From NCBI RefSeq assembly GCF_963853765.1, contig NC_088862.1, forward strand, positions 19,344,001 to 19,408,000: a DNA stretch of 64,000 nt, in the 5' to 3' direction. The position numbers and the translations under genes were made by a program. Shown here one piece after another: positions 13,169 to 25,605 of the stretch. The notes beneath the pieces are model-generated. The model was not told where the DNA came from. It did not search any database and saw only the letters and a list, made by a program, of their open reading frames with translations. The stretch's first letter is position 1, and every line of letters starts with the position of its first letter. This DNA comes from Magallana gigas. Lineage: Eukaryota.

Positions 13169-13220
<52 letters not shown>
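13169..13220. repeat. (TC)n microsatellite
   Basis: 26 TC units. Confidence 0.98.
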
Positions 13221-13224
<4 letters not shown>

Positions 13225-16200
13225 ATTAAGTACACTTTACATTAGTTTGGACTGATAGAAAATACAAGATTCATGTATTTTTTCTATTACTGCACTTAAT
13301 ATATCCTAAGATAAAGATTGTCAAACAGTACTTTTCAGTCCAAGCTTCGACGGCTCCTGTAAAACATTTATTTAGTATAGCTGGGAAGATTTTCAAACTA
13401 ACAGGATGCAGTTAAAAGATGAACCCTTTGAAACTTCGATCATAAAGTGCAACAGCAATCTTTGTCTTAAAGTGTCCTCAGTAGAAAGAAATACGATTAA
13501 AATAATTATCTTAAGAAATATAACTGGGAAAAACCATCTGTTTATGAATTAATACAATTAAGTGTCCAAAATTATAAAGATTTGTGTAATCTGGGGAAAT
13601 ATCTCTATTTAGCTTTTGATAACCGCAACATTATTCCATAAATTGTTTTTTGTTATGCATGTAATTCTGTGTTTCTATTTCGTATCCTACATTGTATCAT
13701 GCCAAATGTCTATAAATATCATTTTACTTATGTAATATGTTGTTCATAATACCACAAGATGATTACATATTGAGCAAATAAAGAATGACTCTTGTATAGT
13801 CCTTGAATTTGAACCCGATACTGAGCATGAACCTGTAGATATGTTGAAGAGTGTTTTATATTTGAAACATTTGCAAAAACTCTTTATTAGCTTTACTTTT
13901 TTAAAACAAAGTAATGGTAATGGTAATGCATTACTTTACTCATGTAATGGTAATGTAATGCATTACTTCCAGAAAATCAAGTAATGGTAATGGTAATTTA
14001 ATGCCCAAATTCATGAAGTAATGGTAATGTAATGCATTCTTCAAAAGCAATTCTCGAGTAAACCCAAAGTAAACCTACAGTGGACCCAAATTGTCAAAAA
14101 GTAAACCCATAAAGTAAACCCAGGGTTAAGTTTGGTGTTAGGTTGGGTCCGATTGGCACTGTACTTCACACAAAGATTCCTTATGACCTGGGAATGTGTC
14201 ATGAACTTGACCCAAGGTCATTTTGGCAAGGTCAAGGTCTCTAGCAGGAACAGGTCAAAAATCGTTCCCAGTCATTTTTGTTAAGAAACATTGGAAGTTT
14301 TTTTTTTTTTTTTTACACAAACCTGAGGATGAGTCAAGATTTTGTCCCATGGTCATTTGGACAAGTAAAAAGGTCCCGAATGTCTTCCTAATGTAATACT
14401 GTTGTTTTGAGATTCAGTAATGCGAGTCCGACACCAGAGTCCTCGCCGAATTTTCGCTGAGACAGGCAGCAACCGAGCCTGGTTTTGCTAACGGTTAAAA
14501 CAGAAACAAAGGTGTCATCATCAAGCAAGGTGCAGTTCTCTTTTTTCCGTTGCTTTTAAAGAGAATGTTGCCATTTCCATTTTTTGGGACACGTTAGTCA
14601 TCAGTACCGATCAATATTTTCTATAAAGTTGTTAGCAGTTACATAGGATGTAACTATACAAAATACTATGTACATTACAAAAGAATGTGTAAAAATCTAA
14701 TTTTTATCACAATTTTTGAGAGAACAGTATTGAGTTTAAATAAAACATTTTATTGAAATTAAAATAAAGATAGCTGAGAAAGAGGAAGAATCGCATTTAA
14801 AACACTTAATATGATAAAGGTAATGAAAGTTGTCAGGCTAACTATTTTTATACCCCACGCAACGAAGTCTTTTTTTCTGTGTATATGTGTGTAAGCGCAA
14901 CTTCTTTTAAACCGCTGCACGGAATATCATACAGCTTTGTAGGTATTTAGTACACAGTTAAAGCATGCATATTTTTGGGTTATTCCAATGCTATTATTCC
15001 CATCGATCAATTAACCTTTGGTGCCAAGTTTAGTTGAAATTGACCCAGTGATTCTAGTTGTACTTATATGAAAGGCATTATAGAGCAAAACGGTTAATGA
15101 CAAAGTGACAAAACAATTAAATGTCAATAAAACTCACTTTACTTTATATAAACAAATGTACTTTTGATATTATATTTTTAAAAGTACTTTTGAAATTAAA
15201 TATTAAAACATCTTGATTTATCAAATAACAATAAGAAAGAATTTTAATCATTTTATCAGCAATATCTTTAAAATTGAATTTAAACATTTTGATTTTTCTT
15301 TGGTTATCTAGTCACCCGAGTTAGTCAGGAGACCTTTTGCGATATGTTTTCGTCCACCGTTGAACATTTTCAGCTTTTTTCTGAAACTACCAGAGTTATA
15401 TTGAGTTATATTGGCCAAACTTAATGTCTATAGTATTTTTAGGGGAAGGGGTACTTAAGTTTTGAAATTAATGACTCCCATCCCGTAGGGCCATAAATTT
15501 TTGGTACTAGTAATTCATTTCTACAAATGCGATATTCACGAAAATTTCATCTGAGTTAGAGTAACTAAATATATATCAAAATCAATCAAAAATGACATAA
15601 AAATCGAATAAGATTTTTATTAGTGACCATTTAAAATACTGTATTACTTCTCTTTTTGTGGAACGCATTCTTGTTAGAGAACAAATGGTTTGTTTTTAAA
15701 ACCTGCAATAGATTTTCTATCCAAACATGATATTTTTATGATGATTTTGAATCAATATCATGTAAACAATAACCATGCCCTCCACTTCGTTTTTTCGGGG
15801 GCACATGCCAAAGTGCGGTTAGTCTTTTATTTTCTTGTTTAATTGTATTTAGCGCCTTGGCGCCCCCGCACGTCCTTCTCTATTCTTTTATTAAAAAAAA
15901 AGCTTCCCGTAGTAAAACACTCAAATGGCGTCCAATTTTCATGATCGGCTTCGGCCGATCAGTTGTGTCCATATAAGGCATCAAACTATTTGCGCACGCA
16001 ATGCTCCTTGCACTACTTTATTTACAATGCAATGAAAACCTCTTTCAATTACATAATTACAGGTACGTGCGGATTACTAAAAAGTGACCCTTATACGATT
16101 GAAGTGAAATTAAAAACATTCACAGTCACATACATGTAAATAATTATTCAAATCACGTTTTTTTTCACATATGTGTAAGAATATTTATCGGTAGTATAAT

Positions 16201-16714
16201 TCGCCTACTAAAAGTAAAACTTATGTATGCCTTGCTTTTCTTCCGGAAGTCAACAAAATGGTGCTCTATAGAGTTTATTGCATGTAGCGTAATGCTTTCG
16301 TAGTACATTAACAGAGCTGAGCAATGCTATAATATGCCGATCATTCCTTTAAAAGGAATACTTGTTTTGAAGTATTATTGTTTTCATTATGTCGAGAAAT
16401 ATCGAGCCCGATACTGTAGACTCCTTAGTTTACGCAACTCCTTAAACCCGCAATTCAGCTGTTTTCCATCAAATCGCGTAATACAAAAACTGAATGCCAA
16501 ATTTTTATCATAGCTTGATATAGTTTACATATGTCAATTTTACCAGTACCTATTCATGATGTATAAAGGTTATTTATCAAGTGAGAACTTCTTGTCAATT
16601 TAAAAATTTAATATTGCAAGGTACTACTATACATAATCAAAGTACTGAAGTACTGAAAGCCGGTCTCTTTTGGTGTGTCTTTATGCATATTGTGTAGTAA
16701 AGACTGAAAAAAAT

Positions 16715-16777
<63 letters not shown>

Positions 16778-16781
16778 TCTC
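16715..16781. repeat. (TC)n microsatellite, interrupted
   Basis: TC run with two interruptions. Confidence 0.98.
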
Positions 16782-17268
16782 ATGCTTTTAATGTCGGCAA
16801 AGCGTCAGGGAGCGACCAAATTTTGTAAGCGACTATCAACAAAAATATGTCTGTCTAGTAAAAAAAAGTTCAGCAGTTGCTTTCTTGAATTTTGCAACAA
16901 GCGTTATATATTCAATCCCCATTTCTTCAACGCGCAGCAAATAGTTCATGGAAATTCATGCGTATTGTATGTGTCCTAAATGCATCATCTTGTTAATAGG
17001 AAAACTAAAAAAGATAGACAATTCTCTCGAAATAAAAAAAAAGAAACAAAATGCCAACACTTTTGACAAAACGTGGCTCTTTGTGTAACTATTTGGTACA
17101 GCGGAAACCCCCCTACCCCCCCCCCCCCCCCCCCCCCCCGATGCTATGTGCTTGGACAGAAACTTAAAATTGTATTATACACATCAAACAAACTAGAAAC
17201 GATAACAACATTCACAGCATCAAAACAGTTTTAGATTTCTTTCTCTCATTCATTTTTATCATCTCTAT

Positions 17269-17431
17269 CATGCGCGGATCTTGAAGGAAGTCAGGGGGTC
17301 CTGACCCCCCCCCCCTCCCTTCTCCACCCCTGCAGAATTCAAATTCTTTAAATTTACATTAGACCCCCTGGCAAACTCGAATACCTTCGGACCCCCCCCC
17401 CCCCCGGAAATATTTTGTCGATCCGCGCATG
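17269..17431. mobile_element. MITE with 5-bp TSD (hAT5-like, tentative)
   Basis: TIRs catgcgcggatc / gatccgcgcatg; flanking direct repeat TCTAT (17264-17268, 17432-17436); internal poly-C tracts. Confidence 0.8.
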
Positions 17432-17511
17432 TCTATATTTCTATAATAGTTTGTTATTGAAAAAGACATCAAGTGCCTCATTTAATTCAAAGCCCATGAT
17501 ATCATAATTAT

Positions 17512-18101
17512 TTATTAGTCCCCTACCCTATCGGTTTCACCGGAGGGGACTATAGCTTTTCTCTGCGTCCGTCAGTCCGTCCGTTTGTCTGTCTGTCCGT
17601 CAGTCCGTCTGTCCCACTTCAGTTTTCCATACCCTTTTCTTTATGCGTTTGAGGAATAATATGAAATTTGCTGAACAGCTTCAAAATGTCAAACTAAAGA
17701 TCAAGTTTACACTTTTGTAGCGTCTGGTTGACATGTTTTCGAGAAAATTAATTTTTTATATTCCAATTGTTTAATGTTTGGGTTCGTTATCGGGTTCGGT
17801 GTCTATTGAATAAAGGAAGCTAGTGTGTAGTCAGTAATAATATCGTGCATTTCTTGCACCATTCCTTTTATTGTTTCTAAGTGTGCATAAAACGGTAAGA
17901 ATTGATATTCGGCGAAATTTCATTTTTTATTTAATGTTTATATCAACTATGTAGTTTGAATTTCCTTTGTTCTTTTATCTCTGATTAAAGCATAACATGT
18001 CGTTCATTTTTGGAATTGATGTATGCTTCGAAGCTTTCAAAGAATAATACAAACCGGTAGGGGACGTGTATTGCTTGTGCAGTACTCTCAGAATGCTTGT
18101 T
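17512..18101 (+). mobile_element. Complete HINE/DINE-1-like non-autonomous Helentron, copy 1
   Basis: 5' ttattagtcccctac...ccggaggggacta, (gtcc/gtct)n, conserved core, 3' aaaccggtaggggac plus gtattgc..gcagtac hairpin and gcttgtt end; second copy at 44469-45031. Confidence 0.85.
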
Positions 18102-18812
18102 ACATTGTGCATCAACCTCTATCGTGGTACACTTCTCATTCTGGCAGAGTGAAACATCGTATAATAAAATTGTATGATCGATAATTGAATTTAACAAACA
18201 AAATTTGTTCTGCGAGCGCGTTGACGCGCCAAATACAATTAGCCGGATTCTTCAATTTTTTATAATAATTACTGTGCAAACTTTATAAAAAGGGTTATGT
18301 ACATCATTTCGAGGTTGATTTATTAAACAAAACAACTATTAAATTGTGCTGAGCATTTTTATGAAAAAATATTTCAAAACTTGAGCACGGGGACGTTTTT
18401 TCCCCTCATTCAATACGAGTATTGAAGCGGATCGGAATGTAAATGATTTGTTGACGGCTCAATTTCTGTTAACTAATGTATGTAGATGGTTAGGAATAAC
18501 TTAAGTTAATATAAAACTCACAACAGTACAGTACAGTACAAAACCTTGTGCATCTTTTAATGTTTAAAGGTGTATTTTAGCAAGTTTTACTAAAATGTTC
18601 AATTCGATTCAATTCATTTATTCTCATATTGTATAAAACTTAGAAAAAATGTGCAATACAAACAGTATTATACAAAAAGCAAAAAGCAAGAGTGTATACT
18701 GTACACATCAACCTGCAGAGTTGACTCTCTTATTTATTATATTGATAAATTTACTAAAATTATTAAGAATAGCTATTTTTTTTAACAAAATTACATGTAT
18801 TATAAAGGATTA

Positions 18813-19990
18813 TTTATTATATTTTATTCAAGGCTAAACAGATATATTCATCGTCAATTTTATTTTCATCTTTTTTTTGTATCAAAGATACAAAATCTTT
18901 ATTTCTGGGTATGTTGTCCCGTCTACTTGTCTCAATTGGAAGTTTAAGATCGCTCGTTCTATATCTAAGTAATGTAGTATTATTCATAGCAACACTAGGG
19001 TTTATGTAATTTCTAGGTACAAAAATATTATTGGTAAACAAATGACAGTTCAATCCTTTACTAGATGCGATAAAATCCCATTTTTGTTGAAACTGGTCAA
19101 ACAAAACTAGCTTTTCAACATTTAAAAGCCAATTTTCATTTTCTACATTATTCGTCAACCAGACATAGCTTAAACCACATTCATGTAAAATATTCTGTAT
19201 TATACATTTTACCAATTTGAAGTTGTGTTAGGCTATGTCAGAGGTTAACCATAATGTATTACAATTTTGATTCTTTAAGAAATGAAGATAATAATTTTTC
19301 TATTGATCGTCGTATCAAAGAAAAATTGACCGGAAAACCTCATCAATGTTTTCCAAAAGCTCAACCTTTCTCATTCACACACAATGGATATCTAGCAAGT
19401 TCGCCATAGATCATACAATTTGGTGTGGCTGTCTTAAGACTAAGTACAAGTTTACAAAACTTAAGATGCAATTTTTAATTATATGTAAATTCTCAAAACC
19501 CCATAACTGATAAACCATACAGTAAAATTGGAAAAATACGTTTTATCAGCGTTTTATCAGTTTTAGCTTAAGTCAATAAATTTAATTTTCTTGACTTTTT
19601 AATTGTTGCATATATAACTCTGCTATCTCTTGTCACTACATATTTGCTTGTACTGTAGAAAGATCCTGCTCTTGAAAATATAACTCTAAAATATCTAAAT
19701 TCTGTAACAATTTTTGTTTCGATAACATTGTATAAAAATGATACATTTGAAGTTTGTCTGCCTTTACCAAAAATTATAATTTTAGTTTTCTCAACATTCA
19801 CTTGTAATTTTCAGTTTTTTCACAGTATATTTGAAAACAATTAAGCTGATATTGTAAATCATCTTTAGTTTCGGACCCTAACACAGTGTCGACCGCATAC
19901 AGCATAATCATGATTTCTTGATAACAATTTAGTTTTTGTCCAATTTCCTCAGAGAAGCTTTTCAGTCCAATGACATTTCCATACATTATT
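18813..19990 (-). mobile_element. Degenerate 3' part of a non-LTR retrotransposon (RT C-terminus and downstream domain; CR1/L2/RTEX-like)
   Basis: MLYAVDTV..SETKDDLQYQLNCFQIYC (YADD region), VNVEKTKIIIF...RYFRVIFS, and RYRTSDLKLPIETSRRDNIPRNK...IDDEY across frameshifts and deletions. Confidence 0.85.
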
Positions 19991-20156
19991 AAATACTAAA
20001 GGTCGTTAAGATATAAGGCAAAAAGCAATGAATAAGTTTTCTCCCTGACGGACACCATTCTGACAAAGGAAATATTCAGAAAATCAGCATTACACCATTG
20101 TTTTTTTTTTTATTAATCTGAAGTCTTATTACGGGGAAAATTGCCACCAAAGTAGC

Positions 20157-20291
20157 CTAGACTGAGGATAGTAGTCTTCTCTCGTTTTTCGTGACATTTT
20201 CCACCTTGATGTCCTCCACCTCTTTCTTCAGAACCTCCAAAGCTATATCTCCTGTCAAACAGTCATTTACCTCCAGCAACTCACTCAAAGT
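20157..20291 (-). CDS. Putative isolated terminal coding exon (44 aa), gene unidentified
   Basis: Acceptor ttgtttcag|; phase-0 frame TLSELLEVNDCLTGDIALEVLKKEVEDIKVENVTKNERRLLSSV*; purine-rich coding-like composition; attaataaa about 40 nt after the stop. Confidence 0.35.
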   Translation of the reverse strand, partial: TLSELLEVNDCLTGDIALEVLKKEVEDIKVENVTKNERRLLSSV

Positions 20292-21589
20292 CTGAAACAA
20301 TTCATACATAAACCTTCAGGAGTGACTTTCTTTATTATTCTTTTTCTTTCCTTTTTTAAGGGAGAGGTGTTTTAGGGTTTGTTTTTTTTAGTGAATCGCT
20401 TCGATTTGAAAGTAATTGAGAGTAACCACCAAAAATATTTTTCAGTTTACAAATTGAGCAAAATAATTAGATTGTGTTAAGTAGAGGAAAAAATAAAACA
20501 CTGTGGATGTTAGGAAATATTCACTCAGTACTCGCAAAACAGTTCATTAACAAGGGCGTCGGTTGCTTTAAGCGTTCTTAAGCAAGGCCAGAGACAGTGA
20601 TAGAACAATTCTGTGTGTCACGTTATTAATTGATAGATGATTTTGCAAAACGTTCTCTTTTTGTGTCATCGTTTTCTTCGGCATGTGAGACACAATAACG
20701 CTGTTCTGTAAGTTGTAAATTTAAGTGTCTCCGAACTGGGAAGCTTCTAGATAGTTGGTAATGTCGAGTGATAATGAATGAACCAAATAACCCAAACAGA
20801 CCCCGCCCTTTAACCTTTAACCGATATTTCCTCTTGCTAGTATTATTTTAAGACCAATGCTTAAACATCAATTAAATTAACAATATCCGTCTATATGCAC
20901 TTCTTACCACAAAGCCTACACTCAGACTGGCGGAATCTTCTTTCTAAAGAAAATTTAAAGGTCAAAGTGTTTTAACAAATTAATTTAAGTGCTCGTTATT
21001 CTAATTCATTGCTTGGTTTTATTGTTATGGTTTCCTTGTTGGATTAAGTTTCAAAAGATGTATTTTTTTTAATTGATCAATTCCAAACTTTTAACCCTCT
21101 AGACGCTCTATAGCGCTATCAAATCTAATTACAAATAAGTTTTAAGGATGTTCAAAAATATAATCATCAAAAGACAACGTATCACTCTTTAAGTGATAAA
21201 TAAATACGAGAAGGGTTGATGGACTCAGTATATCCGGGGTATAACAAAGACCTAAGAATGCACGTGTCAATACATAAATTTCACAACACTTTAGATGTCA
21301 AATCACAAAACAAGAACGTTTTATCACTTTTGTTATTCGTAGCACTGATTGTGGAGGAAATTACTGTATTGCTTATTAAACAGTGGTTAACTTTATTAAC
21401 CGGATTTTCCGTATGAAAATGGCTGTCCCTTTTGTCCAAATAACTCCTCGTACAGTTAGTTTTTGAAGATTTTTTTTTCCAGATCAAATTGAAAAATGCA
21501 GATGTGCATATAGCTTGGATTTTAATTTTTGGTTATTTAGGCGAAATACAAGCTGTTGAACTTTGTCATTTTTTGGTGATAAATGAAAA

Positions 21590-21860
21590 AACGACAATAA
21601 CACACCGTCAACCATCTCAAAAATCCATAAAACGAAATACAAATTCAAAGCAGAGCAACACGGACCTCCAAAAAGATAGAGGTAGGATCAGGTGCCTAGG
21701 AGGAGTGAGTATCCTCTGCTGACCGGTCACATCCGCCGTGTGCTCTTTGTCGTAATCGGGAACCCCCCCCCCCCCCCCCGGAAAAGTCCGTAGACAATTA
21801 GGTGATTAATTATGGTCTAACAATTAATATGAAAAACGTCAGTCAGCATGCGACTCAGTA
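21590..21860 (-). mobile_element. Non-coding tail of a bivalve retroelement family (Penelope-like, tentative)
   Basis: Core gaggtaggatcaggtgcctaggaggagtgagtatcctctgctgaccggtcacatccgccgtg matches my recollection of a widespread bivalve repeat; no ORF here. Confidence 0.4.
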
Positions 21861-21959
21861 GAAGATTGTTTTCAGGATAGGAAGTTGTTCGTTTTGGAGA
21901 TCATTTGTACATACAAAACTTTGCCGGGTAATTTTAATGCCAGTGCCAAGGTGACATTT

Positions 21960-22400
21960 ATTTTTACCTGTCTGAGATGCGTGTTTAAAAAAAAATCAAA
22001 TATTTTCTATGATAGGCCATTTATAACCACTTTTGGTATTGATGTATCTCACCTGTCAGGTAAGATGTTCACCTTTATAAAAAATCATGTAGGAAAAATA
22101 TTTCCCCTTAAGGATATTGAGAATTTCCTATCTGAAGAAAAGAATTTTCCTGTAGAAATATAATTCCGATATGATTTGAACAAAATTCCTTATAGAATTT
22201 TAAAATGTATGAAGACTACCCACCTTTCCACTTTTCTCTTGAAGGAACTATAAATCATGTAGGACTTTAAGAGATACCTTTCCGATTTTCAATAGTTTCT
22301 GTAGGAAAATTCTTAAATAGGAATTATCTTTTTTTCTATGGAATAATAATTTTTTATGGTAAATTATCTCACCTGTCAGGTGAGATCACAAAAAATAAAA
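21960..22400. repeat. Dispersed repeat with two atctcacctg-t-caggt(g/a)agat palindromes; related copy near 37530-37940
   Basis: Palindromes at 22046-22066 and 22366-22386; shared ataaccacttttg context and acctgacaggtgagataa at 37899-37920. Confidence 0.6.
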
Positions 22401-23848
22401 ATAGCAATATACCTTCTAGACAATGGTCTATCTTTAATGGATCCTTACGAAACTACATCCAAGTCTTAAGAAGGTGCACAAATGGCACCTGAATTGCCAC
22501 TGGCATACTTATCTGGCACGGTGTTTTAAATCAGAGCCAAGGTCGAAGTTTACAGTCTTTCTCTTTCTCTCCCTCTTTCACTCTCTCCTATTTTGTTGGA
22601 AAGGGGATATATTGGCATTGGTTTGCGACGATGGTCTGTTTAATTTAGAAACAAGAAAACAAAGACAAGAGTCAGTCGAGTATATTAATAAACAATTTCT
22701 AATTTAAATTTCTGTGATTTTTTTTACAGCAAACTGCGCCACCTTCTAATCCTTTTTGAAAATAAACTTGTATTTCTCAAATACATCTGACAAAAATATA
22801 ACGATTCTTAAAAAGTTTTATTTATTATATGGTTCTGATTTTATGCAGAATAAAAACACTTTCTAATGTATAAAAAGTTCCCAACTTAACAGCTCATATT
22901 GCATTAATGAATTATACCCAAAGGTGTTTCATAGGTTTTTATGGATGATGATAACGGCTACTTCTAATTCATTTAAGTACAGATCTCAAGGTGAATCCTG
23001 GGACCAGATGTTTACCCGGGCAATGTAGTTGGTACTAATAAAGACTGACAAATCAATGTCCTCTTGAGTGTTTCTGTTACATGTAAGCTGAATATTTCTA
23101 TGTAAAGCTTTTCGATCATAACAAAATAATGACTGCAGAGCTTGCCACCGAATTATTATCTTACATACACCATTTTCAAAAAACACAAAGTAGTAATGTC
23201 TAGGTGAAGACTAGATGAATCAAATTATGAAATGGTCTGTACATGTAGTAGGACCGTGAGGTCGTAGTTAAGGCTACATGTAGTAGCCTCAAATTATAAA
23301 GATAAGATTGATGATATGCAAGACAAATAGAAATGTCCGTTTTTGAGAAAAATTAAAAACAAAAAATAAAAAAGGACTGGCCTATAAAGAAATGATAAAA
23401 AAGTTTAAAAGAACAACAATCTCATGACCGGCTGTTATGCTGAATACCAGTGCAATGCTACGATGGGTTTTTTGTAATAACGAGGAAATAAGGTTAGGTA
23501 GGCGTTAATATCATTGACTTTTTCGTTCTTGTAAAGAAGACAAAAACACTATTTTTTCATTTCAAGTTATCTCGTTTGCCTCCTCATTTAAAATCGGTCA
23601 AATATTTCGTAAAAATGTTATGATGTAACTTTCACTTTTGCTTCCATCCAAGGTGAGGGAGTAAAAAGCTTATAATATTACTGTTCAAAGACGTCTGGTT
23701 TGGTATGGTGTATTATTATGCCTTCTGTCAGTTTGTCACTATATATTCAATACTCATCTATTTTCGCATAGTATCAAAGGATTTATATAGCGTAAGCATA
23801 CTATGCCGAAATAGAGCACGGCGAATATTTTCAACGAAAATCTGTCAA

Positions 23849-23930
23849 GCGCCGACAGCGGGATTCGAACTCACGACGCTAAAATCATTAAATCTAGCAT
23901 GAAGCCCAACGCGTTACCGCTACGCTAAAT
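23849..23930 (-). repeat. tRNA-derived (SINE-like) segment
   Basis: Minus strand reads tagcgtagcggtaacgcg (A box) ... gtgagttcgaatcccgc (B box); central region does not form a cloverleaf. Confidence 0.6.
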
Positions 23931-24451
23931 TAGCCGTTATTATGACAACCGGTATTTAGGTATATAAAACGTAGATATGTACGACTGACATCAAGCAATT
24001 AAAATTATTCATTTTTCCAAAAAAAACCTTCATTTTTGACGGTAATTTTAAAGTTAAAGTTTCCTATAAACTTTTGAACAAATTGATTGAACATTTTTCA
24101 AAGAAATTCTACATGAGAATCACAAAAACGCTTTTTTAAATGACGCTTGATAAAGAATGTTCAAGAAAAAAAATTCACTGAGATTTCGTCTGCTAAACAT
24201 TTCGAGTTTTCTCGGTAAGGCCAAACGTCTCTCTATTTCTTGAAAAGAACATAAATCTTTGTTGACTTTTTATTGTACAACAACTTGTTGATTAAATAAA
24301 CAATCAAATCAATTGATTACACGTAATTTGAAAAACAACAAAAAACGCTTGCTTTTCCGGTGATTATTTTAAGGGACTTGTCAACACTCGAACGTCAGAG
24401 CTACTTATAGCAAAGCACGTCAGTATATTTAACAGTCGGCATAATAATAAC

Positions 24452-24541
24452 AATAGTGTTGTGTTGTGCATGTACTATGCCTAAATAGTAGTCAGGGTTT
24501 GATACATAGTGCACTCGCCTCCGGCACAACACAACACTATT
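24452..24541. repeat. Inverted-repeat element with 18-bp perfect arms
   Basis: aatagtgttgtgttgtgc (24452-24469) / gcacaacacaacactatt (24524-24541). Confidence 0.75.
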
Positions 24542-25436
24542 ATATAAGTAGAGTCTCTCATGGTATGTTTCCTTCTACATGTAACATCTATTGACAAAAC
24601 ACTTCTGTGTCATTTTCAGAATCGGCTAGACATCGTGCAAGTGCCATGAACTAGTGTGCGACTCAAAGGGCTTTCACTTCAAGTATGTATGATTTATGTT
24701 AAAGAAAGATGTCCTTCAATAGAAACTTTTTTATTCGCATATAAATCTAGGGGGAAGTAGAGAAAGAAGGAAACAAAATTTCTTTGTTACTTATAGAAAG
24801 ATATTCATGTCTGCTTCCTTTTAGTGCAAGACAGTTTTTGTCATCTATTTATGATAATGTTTGGATCCGTTTTTCTGAAACTTGATTTGCTTTGCTTGCT
24901 GTGATTTCAAGTCATGTTGCTTCTAAACCATCTAATAAGATTGAAATATATTCAAAGTGTTGCTTTAAGTGAAAAGATTTTGAATATAATTATTGACTAA
25001 ATAGGTGGTTTTCCATTTTTGAATTAATGAGGTTCACATCGGAAAAAATTGTGTCTCGATGTCTCTCACTGCTAGAAAGACAGCAGAAGCACTGGTTATC
25101 TAACAAACTAATGTCGTCGAATGAAATTGGAAAAATAACAATTATCTTCAATCCAATTATCTAATATCCCCCTGTATAATGCACATATTATGTTATGATC
25201 AAGTTTGTTCTCGTTTTATTGCACTAGACTTGTACAAATACTGAAAGAAATGGTCATAAAATAAGCAGGATCTTAGTATTTTGTTTTATATCTCTAATAA
25301 ACAGCATTTCCCGCCGTTTAAAAAAAATCCAATAGTTCACGAAATAACGAGTTTACTCCAAATAATTCAAGTTTAGTTCTCTTAGATAAAAATGTTTCTG
25401 GGTTGTGAGAACTATTTAATGTAAATCTTTAAATTT

Positions 25437-25605
25437 CATGCACGGATCCAAAGGGGTCTAGACCTTCCCCTTGAAAAAAAATAAAGTTAGCGAAAATGGT
25501 CCTCGGAATGTATCCACACCTTATGGCAAATATCGATATCCCTCAGTCTCCATCCCCCCCCCCCCCCCCCCCCGGTCGAAAATTTTTGAATCTACGCTTT
25601 GCATG
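25437..25605. mobile_element. Degenerate MITE of the catgcgcggatc family
   Basis: Left TIR catgcacggatcc, poly-C tract, decayed right end gaatctacgc. Confidence 0.5.

Larger units (their letters stand above)
11338..14040. mobile_element. Nested element bounded by GTAATG/CATTAC subterminal repeat arrays (hAT-like, tentative)
   Basis: Arrays of gtaatg(g)taatgcattac at 11346-11512 and 13912-14040; left end caggcagggggtaatgc; right terminus not clear. Confidence 0.45.
9585..14161. mobile_element. Degenerate ~4.6-kb TA-flanked (pogo/Tc1-mariner-like) DNA transposon with nested insertions
   Basis: TIRs cagtaccgatcagaccaaaccta (9585-9607) and taggttgggtccgattggcactg (14139-14161), 19/23 match; TA on both sides; agtaaaccc subterminal repeats at both ends. 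Confidence 0.6.

Noticed and set aside
15943-15960. gatcggc-ttcg-gccgatc mini hairpin with a C(UUCG)G loop
   Set aside because: A 7-bp stem alone; probably a remnant apex of a palindromic element, with no independent evidence of function.
9461-23930. Possible tRNA genes at 9461-9525 and 23849-23930
   Set aside because: A/B boxes are present but acceptor and anticodon stems do not form; reported only as tRNA-derived repeats.
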